DNA of 64,000 nucleotides from positions 64,993 through 128,992 of the forward strand of contig JANQMA010000017.1 in the NCBI GenBank assembly GCA_028280285.1, given 5' to 3'. The notes below the pieces were generated by a model that saw only the letters and a program-made list of their open reading frames with translations, made no database searches and had not been told where the DNA came from. Positions within the stretch are counted from its first letter, which is position 1. The number at the start of each line of letters is the position of its first letter. Positions 43,489 through 52,415 of the stretch are shown here, piece by piece. Origin of the DNA: Candidatus Omnitrophota bacterium. GTDB lineage: Bacteria > Omnitrophota > Gorgyraeia > Zapsychrales > Zapsychraceae. A program made the position numbers and the translations under genes.

Positions 43489-44775
43489 ATGAGAATTATA
43501 TCGATAGCCAATCAAAAAGGCGGTTGTGGTAAAACGACCACGGCTATTAATCTTGCTTCTGCTTTGGGGCAGAACGGCAAGAGGGTTTTATTAATCGACC
43601 TTGATCCTCAGGCACATGCATCACTCGGATTGGACATCGAAAGTCAAGATAGTATTTATAATGTCATTTCGAATTTAACACCGCGTAAATTAAAGCTCGA
43701 AAATATCATCCGTCGGGTGGAAGACACGTTTGACATTGTTCCGTCCAATATCCTCGTCGGTACACTTGAGCAGGAGCTAGCCGATGAAATTGGACGTGAA
43801 CTCAAACTTAAGGAAGTCATCGAGCCGGTTTGCGAGCGTTATGATTATGTTTTGATCGATTGCGCGCCAAGTCTTGGTATTTTAACGGTGAATGCGTTAC
43901 GTTTAAGTGATGAATTGATTGTTCCGGTTGAAACATCACGTTTTTCGATGCAAGGGGTTGTTCATTTAACCGATATCGTGAATTTGGTTAAGGAACGTCT
44001 AGGCCACGAACTGAGAACACGCATTTTGGTTACGATGTTTGACTCGCGCCTGCGTCATTCTTTTACGATGCTTGATACCTTTAAAGACGCATTTGGGGAA
44101 AAAATTTATGACACGATTGTCCATGTCAATGTTAAGCTCAAAGAAGCAGCCGTTAATGGGAAATCTGTTTCATCATTCGATAAATATTGCCGGGGCTCTA
44201 AAGATTATTATAGCCTTGCCAAAGAGATTATTTCTCTTGAAGCGAAAAAACAAGATGCGGCGCTTGATCAACTCTCTGCTCAAGAAGTAGAAAAAGTCTT
44301 TCGTTCACCAACGTTTGCTTCAACCTCTCGTGATACAAAAGTAGAGTCAGTCTCTGTTAGAGAAGAAAAGGCGCCTGAGGAAAAAGAAACCTCGACGGTC
44401 AATCCTATCGAAAAAGAAGAAGAGACGATTGAGGCAGAAGAAATTTCTCTTGCCCCTGTCTCTGATAAACTGCAAGAAGTTGTTAGCCGGGAAGTCAAAG
44501 ATTTATTTTCTGTTTCTTTTGCCATTAATGCCCCCGGAGCCAAATCAGTTTATGTGACGGGCAGTTTTAATGACTGGTCGTTGGATGATTCTTGCCGCCT
44601 CAAAGATCGTGATGGGGAAGGCAATTGGGAAACAAAGATTGATCTTCGCCCGGGCACGTATAAATATCAATTCATTATCGACGGTGTATGGCAGGAAGAT
44701 CCTAATAATGCGCAAAAAGAACGCAATTCTTTTGGCGATATTAACTCATTGATTGAAGTCGGAGCTTCTTCTTAA
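43489..44775 (+). CDS. ParA/Soj ATPase fused to a C-terminal CBM48 (AMPK-beta-like glycogen-binding) domain
   Basis: NQKGGCGKTT, IDLDPQ, IDCAPSLG; APGAKSVYVTGSFNDW...LRPGTYKYQFIIDGVWQEDP. Confidence 0.88.
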   Translation: MRIISIANQKGGCGKTTTAINLASALGQNGKRVLLIDLDPQAHASLGLDIESQDSIYNVISNLTPRKLKLENIIRRVEDTFDIVPSNILVGTLEQELADEIGRELKLKEVIEPVCERYDYVLIDCAPSLGILTVNALRLSDELIVPVETSRFSMQGVVHLTDIVNLVKERLGHELRTRILVTMFDSRLRHSFTMLDTFKDAFGEKIYDTIVHVNVKLKEAAVNGKSVSSFDKYCRGSKDYYSLAKEIISLEAKKQDAALDQLSAQEVEKVFRSPTFASTSRDTKVESVSVREEKAPEEKETSTVNPIEKEEETIEAEEISLAPVSDKLQEVVSREVKDLFSVSFAINAPGAKSVYVTGSFNDWSLDDSCRLKDRDGEGNWETKIDLRPGTYKYQFIIDGVWQEDPNNAQKERNSFGDINSLIEVGASS

Positions 44776-44799
44776 AGTAAGCTCTCGGAGTGCTCTTTT

Positions 44800-45126
44800 A
44801 TGGTAACTAAAAAAAGTAAAAGCAGTACTCCTGATCCGCAAAGTAAAATCTTCGCACTCATCGGTTACCTTTCGATTTTATGCATTATTCCCCTTGTGAC
44901 TAAACATGATGATGAGTTTGTCCTCTATCATAGCAAGCAAGGACTTGTTTTGTTCTTACTGCAAGTAGCTGCGTTTGTGCTGCATATTATGGTTGGCTAT
45001 TGGCTTTTAAGACTGGTCTTGTTTGTCTCGGGTGTGAGCGCCTTTATTGGAATGATTTTTGTCTTGAAAGGTGAGAGGGTCACTATACCGCTTATCTCCC
45101 GGTTGGCCCAAAAATTGGAAATATAG
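44800..45126 (+). CDS. DUF4870-like small membrane protein
   Basis: YLSILCIIPL...FVLYHSKQGLVLF...IPLI. Confidence 0.7.
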   Translation: MVTKKSKSSTPDPQSKIFALIGYLSILCIIPLVTKHDDEFVLYHSKQGLVLFLLQVAAFVLHIMVGYWLLRLVLFVSGVSAFIGMIFVLKGERVTIPLISRLAQKLEI

Positions 45127-45128
45127 CC

Positions 45129-45608
45129 ATGCCTATCGTTGATGTCCTCCTGGATTCACTCATCAAAAGCCTTCAGAAAATAAAAAAGTCTCATCAACAA
45201 AACAGAAAAAAAAGACAACAAGCTAAAGCCAAGGCGGCAAAAAAGAAGACCGCTCGGAAAAAAACGGCAAAAAAGAAGGCTGCCAAAAAGGTAACTAAAA
45301 AGACAGCGAAAAAGGTAGTTAAAAAATCAAAGCCAAAAGTAAAACCGAAAAAGACGAATGAAAAGCTAATTGGCGAAATTACCCATTATTTTTCCAAAAT
45401 CAAGGTAATTGTCATAAAGATAAGTGCTGCAACACTTAAGGTAGGGGATAAAATCCATATCAAAGGGGCAACGAGCGATTTTACGCAAACTATCAAATCA
45501 ATGCAGATTGAAAGTAAGGATGTCAAAAGCGCGCGTAAGGGGCAGGTTATCGGCCTCAAGGTCACTAAGCAGGCACGGGTGGGAGATAACGTTTTCCTAA
45601 AAAACTAG
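45129..45608 (+). CDS. Lys-rich protein with an EF-Tu-domain-2-like/U32 C-terminal beta barrel
   Basis: KKTAKK repeats; IGEITHYFSKI...LKVGDKIHIKG...IKSMQI...GLKV. Confidence 0.65.
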   Translation: MPIVDVLLDSLIKSLQKIKKSHQQNRKKRQQAKAKAAKKKTARKKTAKKKAAKKVTKKTAKKVVKKSKPKVKPKKTNEKLIGEITHYFSKIKVIVIKISAATLKVGDKIHIKGATSDFTQTIKSMQIESKDVKSARKGQVIGLKVTKQARVGDNVFLKN

Positions 45609-45692
45609 TTCTTTTTTAGTCCTTGCATTGGCACAACCGCTACTATATGTTATATTTATCATATAACTTCTATTTCTACTAATAGGCCCGAT

Positions 45693-48600
45693 ATGTCACT
45701 CAAAACTCTCCAAAATCTTATTTTTCAGCAGTTAAGTGATGCCTCTAGGAAGCTTTCCAATAAATCAGGCCAGAATATTGTCGAATATGTTTTGATTCTC
45801 GCAACCGTAGTAACAACGGCTGTTGTGACGTTGGGGCCGGAAGGTATTGTGACTAAAGAAGTTGAGCGGGTTCCAGGCCTAACGATTGACAAGGCCCAGT
45901 GTGTGGCGCGTCAAACATGTTTTAGAGAGGATAACTGTGTCCTGGAGGCTGTCTGCGGCAACAGATGTTGTGAACCTAGTGAAAGTAAGACCAGCTGCCC
46001 TGAAGATTGTGAGGTAGAGAATGAAGAAAGTCATTACTGCGGCGATGGTATTAAGGATCCTGGAGAGACGTGCGGTAATTGCCCGCAAGATATTCCCGAG
46101 TGTTCTTGCGGAGATAATCAATGTGATAAGAATCTTGGAGAAGAGGAAACATGTCCACAGGATTGTACAGTCCCTGAATCATGCGGCGATAATATTTGTG
46201 ATGAAGGGGAGGATTGCAATAATTGTGAGGGAGATTGCGGTTCGTGTGCGTTCTCATGTGATATTGGTTCGCGTTTTTGTAACGGCGGTTGTATTGTGGA
46301 TGGTTCAGCCGGTGAAGGGGAAGAATGTTGCGAATCCGGTAATTGCGCGTCGGGGATTTGTGTAGATAACGTATGCCAAGAAATCTTCAGCTGTACCGGG
46401 GATATTCCGGGCAATACTACCCTATGCCCAGGTGCCGGCAACCCAACAGAAGATACTGCGATTACAATGGTTGAGAGCTGTGGATTGGCCCAGTGTGAGT
46501 ATAGATGTAATCCTGGTGATAGTGATATCTGTTCAGTGTCGGGCATTCCAGAATGCATTGCTGATGGTTCGGTGCCGGATACCGAAGAGTGTTGTGAGTC
46601 ACGTAACTGTTCAGCTGCCTCCGCCTGTGTTGAAGGGCTTTGCCAACCACTACCCGGAGAATGTGTAGGGACACCTTTGGATGGGTGGGATTTATGCTCA
46701 GGGGACGATAGTCCAGAGACTGTGACTTCTATTACTTTGGTGGCTGCCTGCGGTACGCCTGATTGTGAATATACTTGTGATACCGAAAGCTATAGATTTT
46801 GTGATGCAGAGTGTGTGCCTAATCGGTCGCTGCCGCAAGATGCGGTTTGTTGTGAAAATATTAATTGTGTGTCAAATAGTTGTATAGACGGAATCTGTCA
46901 GCCTCTAGCGGGTTCTTGTGGTAATGGCATTATTGAAGAAGGTGAGGTTTGCGACGGAATAGAGGGACTGGAGACTCCTGGCGTTTCTTATTTTGATGGA
47001 GGTAATTGGTATGTTGAAGTATTAGGAGATTGCCAAAATTCTTGTACACAAAGATTTAGATCTACAACGTGTACCGGTGCACCGGATAACGCATTGTGGT
47101 GGGATAATTCAGCTTTCCTTGAGTTTTGTGATAATGGAGTAGGGTCTGGATGTAACAATTGGACAGTGACGGAAAATTCTGCCGGAGAACCTTTGATTAA
47201 CGAAAGTACGCCGGTTTTTTCTGAAACAGATATTGGGAATCGTACATGTGATTATTTTTGTGCGGATGGCACACATTATTGTTTGAATGGATGTATTCCC
47301 AAGAACGATTTAGGAGATGGTTCTGCGTGTTGTGATGATATTAATTGTCAATCGGGTAATTGTCAAAAACAAGAAGGTGAAGATGCAGGGGTTTGTGCAG
47401 TGTCGCTTCCGGCCTGTACCGGTGCTGAGCCGGACAATGCAGAGATTTGTGCAGGCGACGACAGCCCTGCCGTAGATACACTCATTAGTTTAGTTGAGTC
47501 TTGTGGAGTTGATGACTGTGAATATATATGTAATGATGAGTCTGATTTTTGTTCGGGAGAATGTGTTGTCAAAGGTTCACGGTTAGAAAACGCACAGTGC
47601 TGTTCCGACGAGAATTGTGCATCCAATGATTGTGATATTGCAAGCGGCACTTGCCGCCCTGATACACGCTGTACAATTTGTGGGACTGTTTATAATCAAG
47701 GTGAAGAGATTTATAAAATAGAAACATGTATAGCCGGGCCTCCGGATTCTCCGGTTGAGTTGACCTTTTCTTGTGGAGATCCAATACCTGATATTGCCGG
47801 ACTCGGCGCATCACGCAGTGAACTTTGTGCGGGCATAACACCCGCAAGTCCTGAACCGGATACGATTAATTATCTTTGGGAAGGCAATGTTATTACCACG
47901 ACTCCTAGTACAGATATTAACAGTGTGTGTCCTAATGAAATTGCGACTTGTGGCAATGACACTTTGGACTCGGGTGAGGAGTGCGATGATGGTAATACGC
48001 GCGGAGGTGATGGGTGCAGTACAAGTTGCTCGTGGGAGACGAAAAATTTTATATGTTTGCCAACCCCGGAAGGAAACCAATATGTTTTTAATCAAGCCGA
48101 AAGTTATACGCAAACATGTGTTGCATCTAATGGGAATGACTGTACCCAGTGGGATTATCCGGGCGATGTGGTAACGGAGTATAATCCTGTCCCTTCAGTA
48201 ACAGCTTGCCGTTTCACTTGTACAGAAGGACTTGTTTGGACAGGAAACGGCTGTGGGGAACAATGCGAAGATATTAGTGATGGAGCAGCTTGCGGATCTG
48301 CACCACATTGCAGTTGGGATGCCGGTGCCGGAATATGTGTTGATGCGGGGTTACCGATTTGCGCGAACGGAGTAGTTGAAACAGGAGAGGAATGTGATGA
48401 TGGGAATAAGGACAACAAAGATGGATGTAGTAAAAATTGTGATTGGGAAACAAAGAATTTTGCATGCAGCGCGAAGCCTGGTGGTAATGAAACACAAATG
48501 AATACGGTTTTTGCCTATATGCAGACATGTGTTGCTTCTAATGGAGTCACATGTACTGACTGGATTCCGCCGGATGACCCGACGACCGAATATGATGAGA

Positions 48601-49970
48601 CACCATCTTCTACTTCATGTCAGTTTAATTGTAGTGCATCGTATGTCTGGGATAGTACGGCATGTGTCTTAGGCGAAGTTTTATGCGGGAATGGTAGTGT
48701 TGACAGTGGGGAAGAGTGCGATGACGGCAATACACAAGATGGAGATGGTTGTAGTAAAACGTGCGGATGGGAGACGCGGATACATATATGCCCTGATGCT
48801 TTAGCTGATGAAACGACTATGGTTTTTAATACGGTTCTGGCCTATGTACAGACATGTACTGCATCCAATGGAGTCGCGTGCACAAGCTGGAATCCACCGG
48901 ATGACCCGACGACCGAATATAACACTACGCCGGCGACAGATTCCTGCCGTTTCCGCTGTGCCGATAACTACATATGGAATAACGCGGATTGTATTCCTGA
49001 GGCAGTTTGTGGGGACAATCTCATCGAAGGTGCTGAAGAGTGTGATGACGGTAATCAAAATAGTGGAGATGGGTGTTCGGTGAATTGTAATTGGGAGACA
49101 AAAAACTTCCTCTGTAATCCAGCGCCGGATGAGGCAGGTACGCAGGCTAATACGGTGTATGCGTATAACCAAATTTGTATGGCATCCGACGGGACGGCAT
49201 GTACCAGCTGGAATCCACCGGATGATCCGACAACCGAATACAATGAAACGCCTTCAACGACATCGTGTCAATATATATGCGCAGATGGTTACAATCGGGA
49301 AGGTTCACAGTGTGTTCCGGTCGATTGCGGTAATGGACGAATAGATCCTGCTGGGTGTACGGATTCGTGTTTATTTAGATCGGGGCATGATTCAAATTGT
49401 AATGCTATCAGGGATGAGGCGGTATGTAACGGAGCGGCCAACTGTCAATGGAACGCGATTGATGTTAATGCGGGGAGTTATTGTGCAGGATTTAGCAATC
49501 CTCTTGACTGTTTAAATGAGCCGTATGAAAAATGTACATGGTCTTTGCTTTTGGAGGCTTCAGAATGTATCCCGCGCGTCGAAGCCCAAGAAACATTTGA
49601 TGCAAGTAGTTGTGGTTACCAGGTGCAATGTGACCGGCTGCAAGGAGAAGTGAGTTGTTCTTTGGCCAGTGCGCATTGTATTTGGGATGATTGTATCGAA
49701 GAGTGTGATGGAGGCGTTAATTGTACCAGTTGCAAGTGTAATGCGGGGACATATCCAACTTCTCCACCGTCGAGCTCATGCGCCAATTCCTGTTTGACAG
49801 TGCGCAATGAATTTGGAGATTGTTGTCCTTCCGGACGGCCGCTTGTGACAGATTGTTCAGGACACAGTGTATGCATACCATGTGTCCAGCCGGGTGAAAC
49901 ATGGACTGGGAATTGCAGTAATCATGGGCCTTTAAGCGGCATTGAAGGCTGTGAAGTGAAACTTAATTAA
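45693..49970 (+). CDS. Cys-rich repeat protein (Myxococcus-type CGNG...EECDDGN repeats) with an Flp/Tad prepilin-like N-terminus
   Basis: KSGQNIVEYVLILATVV; repeated GEECDDGN.xGDGCS. Confidence 0.8.
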   Translation: MSLKTLQNLIFQQLSDASRKLSNKSGQNIVEYVLILATVVTTAVVTLGPEGIVTKEVERVPGLTIDKAQCVARQTCFREDNCVLEAVCGNRCCEPSESKTSCPEDCEVENEESHYCGDGIKDPGETCGNCPQDIPECSCGDNQCDKNLGEEETCPQDCTVPESCGDNICDEGEDCNNCEGDCGSCAFSCDIGSRFCNGGCIVDGSAGEGEECCESGNCASGICVDNVCQEIFSCTGDIPGNTTLCPGAGNPTEDTAITMVESCGLAQCEYRCNPGDSDICSVSGIPECIADGSVPDTEECCESRNCSAASACVEGLCQPLPGECVGTPLDGWDLCSGDDSPETVTSITLVAACGTPDCEYTCDTESYRFCDAECVPNRSLPQDAVCCENINCVSNSCIDGICQPLAGSCGNGIIEEGEVCDGIEGLETPGVSYFDGGNWYVEVLGDCQNSCTQRFRSTTCTGAPDNALWWDNSAFLEFCDNGVGSGCNNWTVTENSAGEPLINESTPVFSETDIGNRTCDYFCADGTHYCLNGCIPKNDLGDGSACCDDINCQSGNCQKQEGEDAGVCAVSLPACTGAEPDNAEICAGDDSPAVDTLISLVESCGVDDCEYICNDESDFCSGECVVKGSRLENAQCCSDENCASNDCDIASGTCRPDTRCTICGTVYNQGEEIYKIETCIAGPPDSPVELTFSCGDPIPDIAGLGASRSELCAGITPASPEPDTINYLWEGNVITTTPSTDINSVCPNEIATCGNDTLDSGEECDDGNTRGGDGCSTSCSWETKNFICLPTPEGNQYVFNQAESYTQTCVASNGNDCTQWDYPGDVVTEYNPVPSVTACRFTCTEGLVWTGNGCGEQCEDISDGAACGSAPHCSWDAGAGICVDAGLPICANGVVETGEECDDGNKDNKDGCSKNCDWETKNFACSAKPGGNETQMNTVFAYMQTCVASNGVTCTDWIPPDDPTTEYDETPSSTSCQFNCSASYVWDSTACVLGEVLCGNGSVDSGEECDDGNTQDGDGCSKTCGWETRIHICPDALADETTMVFNTVLAYVQTCTASNGVACTSWNPPDDPTTEYNTTPATDSCRFRCADNYIWNNADCIPEAVCGDNLIEGAEECDDGNQNSGDGCSVNCNWETKNFLCNPAPDEAGTQANTVYAYNQICMASDGTACTSWNPPDDPTTEYNETPSTTSCQYICADGYNREGSQCVPVDCGNGRIDPAGCTDSCLFRSGHDSNCNAIRDEAVCNGAANCQWNAIDVNAGSYCAGFSNPLDCLNEPYEKCTWSLLLEASECIPRVEAQETFDASSCGYQVQCDRLQGEVSCSLASAHCIWDDCIEECDGGVNCTSCKCNAGTYPTSPPSSSCANSCLTVRNEFGDCCPSGRPLVTDCSGHSVCIPCVQPGETWTGNCSNHGPLSGIEGCEVKLN

Positions 49971-49979
49971 ATACATATT

Positions 49980-50405
49980 ATGCCTAAACGCAGCGAAAAT
50001 GACTGTCATCTTATCCGCCGTTATCTTATCTGGTGTTATAAAACCACAAAAGAAGATCTTGACCGCATTGATCGATATTATACGCAACTCGATGTGGATG
50101 CATTTTTGCTGAAAACTCTTCGTCGAGGCAAAGATTATAAACGCAAAAAAGATGAGTATTACAGAGGGTTGGTTGATGATTTCGAAAAATACATGCAGAA
50201 GAAAAAAGATAATGTTGATCAGAAAAAGTTTAAAGATGAAAAGTGTAAAGAGTTATCATCTGAGTATTTATATGTGAAAAACAGATTTGATGCGATTGAG
50301 CGAGCTATTGTTGATTTTCTCGGGGAGGAAGAGCTTGATCATATTTGCACACTTTATGAAGAAGAAATGACTTCCCGCATCCTTGCCGCGCGTGAACATT
50401 CTTAA
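49980..50405 (+). CDS. Hypothetical protein
   Basis: 141-aa ORF directly after the Cys-rich gene. Confidence 0.7.
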   Translation: MPKRSENDCHLIRRYLIWCYKTTKEDLDRIDRYYTQLDVDAFLLKTLRRGKDYKRKKDEYYRGLVDDFEKYMQKKKDNVDQKKFKDEKCKELSSEYLYVKNRFDAIERAIVDFLGEEELDHICTLYEEEMTSRILAAREHS

Positions 50406-50429
50406 AAAGAGAGTCATTAGTCATTGGTC

Positions 50430-50702
50430 TCATCTTTGTTGCATATCTCTAATTTTTTGCCGCGTATCACGCATCATCTGTTCCTGCTTTCTGCGCTGAT
50501 CGCGTAAAAGGGCGTCTTGATCACGTTTTAATTGGCGGGCTTTTTGAGATTGCATGTCCATCTCTATGCGTGAATTGGGAGTTTCAATCTCACTACTTTG
50601 GGCGACTGATTTTTTAAAGAGGGTGATGGCGCCAGCATATAATACTAGACCAAAAATCCCGGCGATAAGAAAAAGAATTAGAACATCCCACGTATCATCC
50701 AT
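50430..50702 (-). CDS. Hypothetical protein, N-terminal TM + coiled coil
   Basis: Fills an otherwise empty gap; plausible composition. Confidence 0.6.
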   Translation of the reverse strand: MDDTWDVLILFLIAGIFGLVLYAGAITLFKKSVAQSSEIETPNSRIEMDMQSQKARQLKRDQDALLRDQRRKQEQMMRDTRQKIRDMQQR

Positions 50703-50712
50703 GAGTCAATTA

Positions 50713-50773
50713 TAGGGACGGACCCTATTTAATTCAACAGTTTACATGATAAATTAAATAGGGTCCGTCCCTA
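50713..50773. repeat. REPIN/MITE-like perfect 22-bp inverted repeat
   Basis: tagggacggaccctatttaatt - 17 nt - aattaaatagggtccgtcccta. Confidence 0.85.
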
Positions 50774-50830
50774 GTTTAAATAATGATTCTCGGTGTTGAG
50801 TTTCTTCTTGGGAATTGGTAGAATAATAAA

Positions 50831-50917
50831 AAGGGTTTAGGGGTAAGGGGTTAAAGGGTAAAAAATAATAAGCTCTAAATAAATTTAACCCTATAACCCT
50901 CTAGCCCTTTATCCCTA
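50831..50917 (+). repeat. 7-8-mer-arm hairpin (AGGGTTA / TAACCCT)
   Basis: aagggttt aggggta aggggtta aagggtaa ... taacccta taaccctc tagccctt tatcccta. Confidence 0.72.
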
Positions 50918-50946
50918 CTGTATTCTTATTAAATCAGGAGTATAAA

Positions 50947-51297
50947 ATGTCCGCACAATTTGATTACAAAAAAGAGTGGGAAAAGACAAAAAAGCAATTA
51001 ATTAAATTCGGTCAAGAAGCCACTGTTTTGGCCAAAAAGGGCGAGGAAGAGCTGGTTAAGTTTTCTCAAAAAAGTAAACTGCAGGTCGATGTTACGGCAA
51101 CTCATTTAAAGATAGAGAAGTTATACTATTTAATTGGAAAAGAGTATGTCAAAACAAAAGGAAAGGCGCAGTCGGCTGCGTTAACAAAACATTTAAATGA
51201 GTTGGAAAAACTCCTTAAAGAGGAAACTTCTCTTAAGTCGAAATTAAAAGTAAAATCTAAGGCGAAGAAGAAAAGTGCTAAAAAGAAATCTGCTTAA
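50947..51297 (+). CDS. Hypothetical Lys-rich coiled-coil protein
   Basis: AGGAG RBS; 116-aa ORF. Confidence 0.7.
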   Translation: MSAQFDYKKEWEKTKKQLIKFGQEATVLAKKGEEELVKFSQKSKLQVDVTATHLKIEKLYYLIGKEYVKTKGKAQSAALTKHLNELEKLLKEETSLKSKLKVKSKAKKKSAKKKSA

Positions 51298-51763
51298 ATT
51301 ATCTATATCCGTCGGTATTGCTCTTTTATTTGCAACATTGGCCCAGGCCGCTCAAAATGCAGGGGTTGCATCCAAATCGTTGCAAATATTTGCCAATGGC
51401 AAGTCTTATGGCTCATTTGCCCAGTACCGCTCCGACCGTTTTAAGCGTCAAATGATTGCCGCTATGCCGGAGGCTGAAAGAGTTGCTTTTGACAAATTTT
51501 TGGTGGCCAATAAGGGCTTTAGCTCGATCGATGCCCATGAGGCCGTGGATTATGATCGTTTTGTGGGGTTTTATGATGAGTTTCGCCTCTGGCGTGCCAA
51601 GCCGGCCTCCCAACCTCAGGAACTAACAAAGTCCTACGATCCACTTGCAGAGATGAAGATAATGCTCGATGATCTACAGGCTCAAAATAGGGAAGCTGAG
51701 TCTATCACGCTTGATCCGGATAGGATGAAAACAGTCATTTTAAATAAACCCCAGCAAAAATAG
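51275..51763 (+). CDS. Hypothetical secreted protein
   Basis: Signal peptide ending LAQA. Confidence 0.65.
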   Translation: MLKRNLLKLSISVGIALLFATLAQAAQNAGVASKSLQIFANGKSYGSFAQYRSDRFKRQMIAAMPEAERVAFDKFLVANKGFSSIDAHEAVDYDRFVGFYDEFRLWRAKPASQPQELTKSYDPLAEMKIMLDDLQAQNREAESITLDPDRMKTVILNKPQQK

Positions 51764-51839
51764 ACTGCGCAATTGCTCCGTAATGTTGTAAATTATTTAT
51801 TTACAATAACTTATATTTATCCAACCTGATTCTTATCGC

Positions 51840-51868
51840 TTGACTTCAAATATCCCCCCATGTATAAT
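51840..51868 (+). promoter_or_regulatory. Sigma-70 promoter of rpsO-pnp
   Basis: TTGACT-17-TATAAT. Confidence 0.8.
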
Positions 51869-52060
51869 AGCTCCCAAAATATCCCGACACTCGCATTGTT
51901 TGCTCGGTCGGGATTCCGACCTCCAGTAGGAGTGTCGGAACAGGAAAGACAATTACAGGAAATATCCGTCCTACACGCGTGGGGACTGGCCTTAGCTTTT
52001 ATATAGCAAGGCTGGTTAGAATATTTCATGACACATGCATTAGACTAGGAGGATGAAACA

Positions 52061-52330
52061 ATGACTATGTTAAAGTCAAGAAAGACCGAAGTAATCGAAG
52101 ACTTCAAAACGCACAGCAATGATACAGGTTCGCCTGTTGTCCAGGTTGCGTTACTGACGGAAAAAATTAATTATCTTACCGAACATTTTAAAGTTCATAA
52201 GAAAGATTTTCATTCACGTCGCGGTTTACTTAAGATGATTGGTAAAAGACGTCGTCTTTTAGCTTACCTTAAGAGCCATAATCCTGAAAAATATCAGGAA
52301 ACGATTCAAAAGTTAAACTTGCGTAAGTAA
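52061..52330 (+). CDS. rpsO: 30S ribosomal protein S15
   Basis: [13 protein letters not shown]...[25 protein letters not shown]. Confidence 0.98.
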   Translation: MTMLKSRKTEVIEDFKTHSNDTGSPVVQVALLTEKINYLTEHFKVHKKDFHSRRGLLKMIGKRRRLLAYLKSHNPEKYQETIQKLNLRK

Positions 52331-52415
52331 TTATGCACTTCGTGTGCGTTTAAGTGGCAATGTATGTCAGAGCGTGCCCGTCGTAAATTATAGAGTGTAA
52401 AAAGTGAGGTATTAA

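Noticed and set aside
45879-49902. Many short overlapping ORFs within the Cys-rich gene (likewise within ppdK, pnp, ftsK and the giant gene)
   Set aside because: Alternative-frame or antisense shadows of long, well-supported CDSs.
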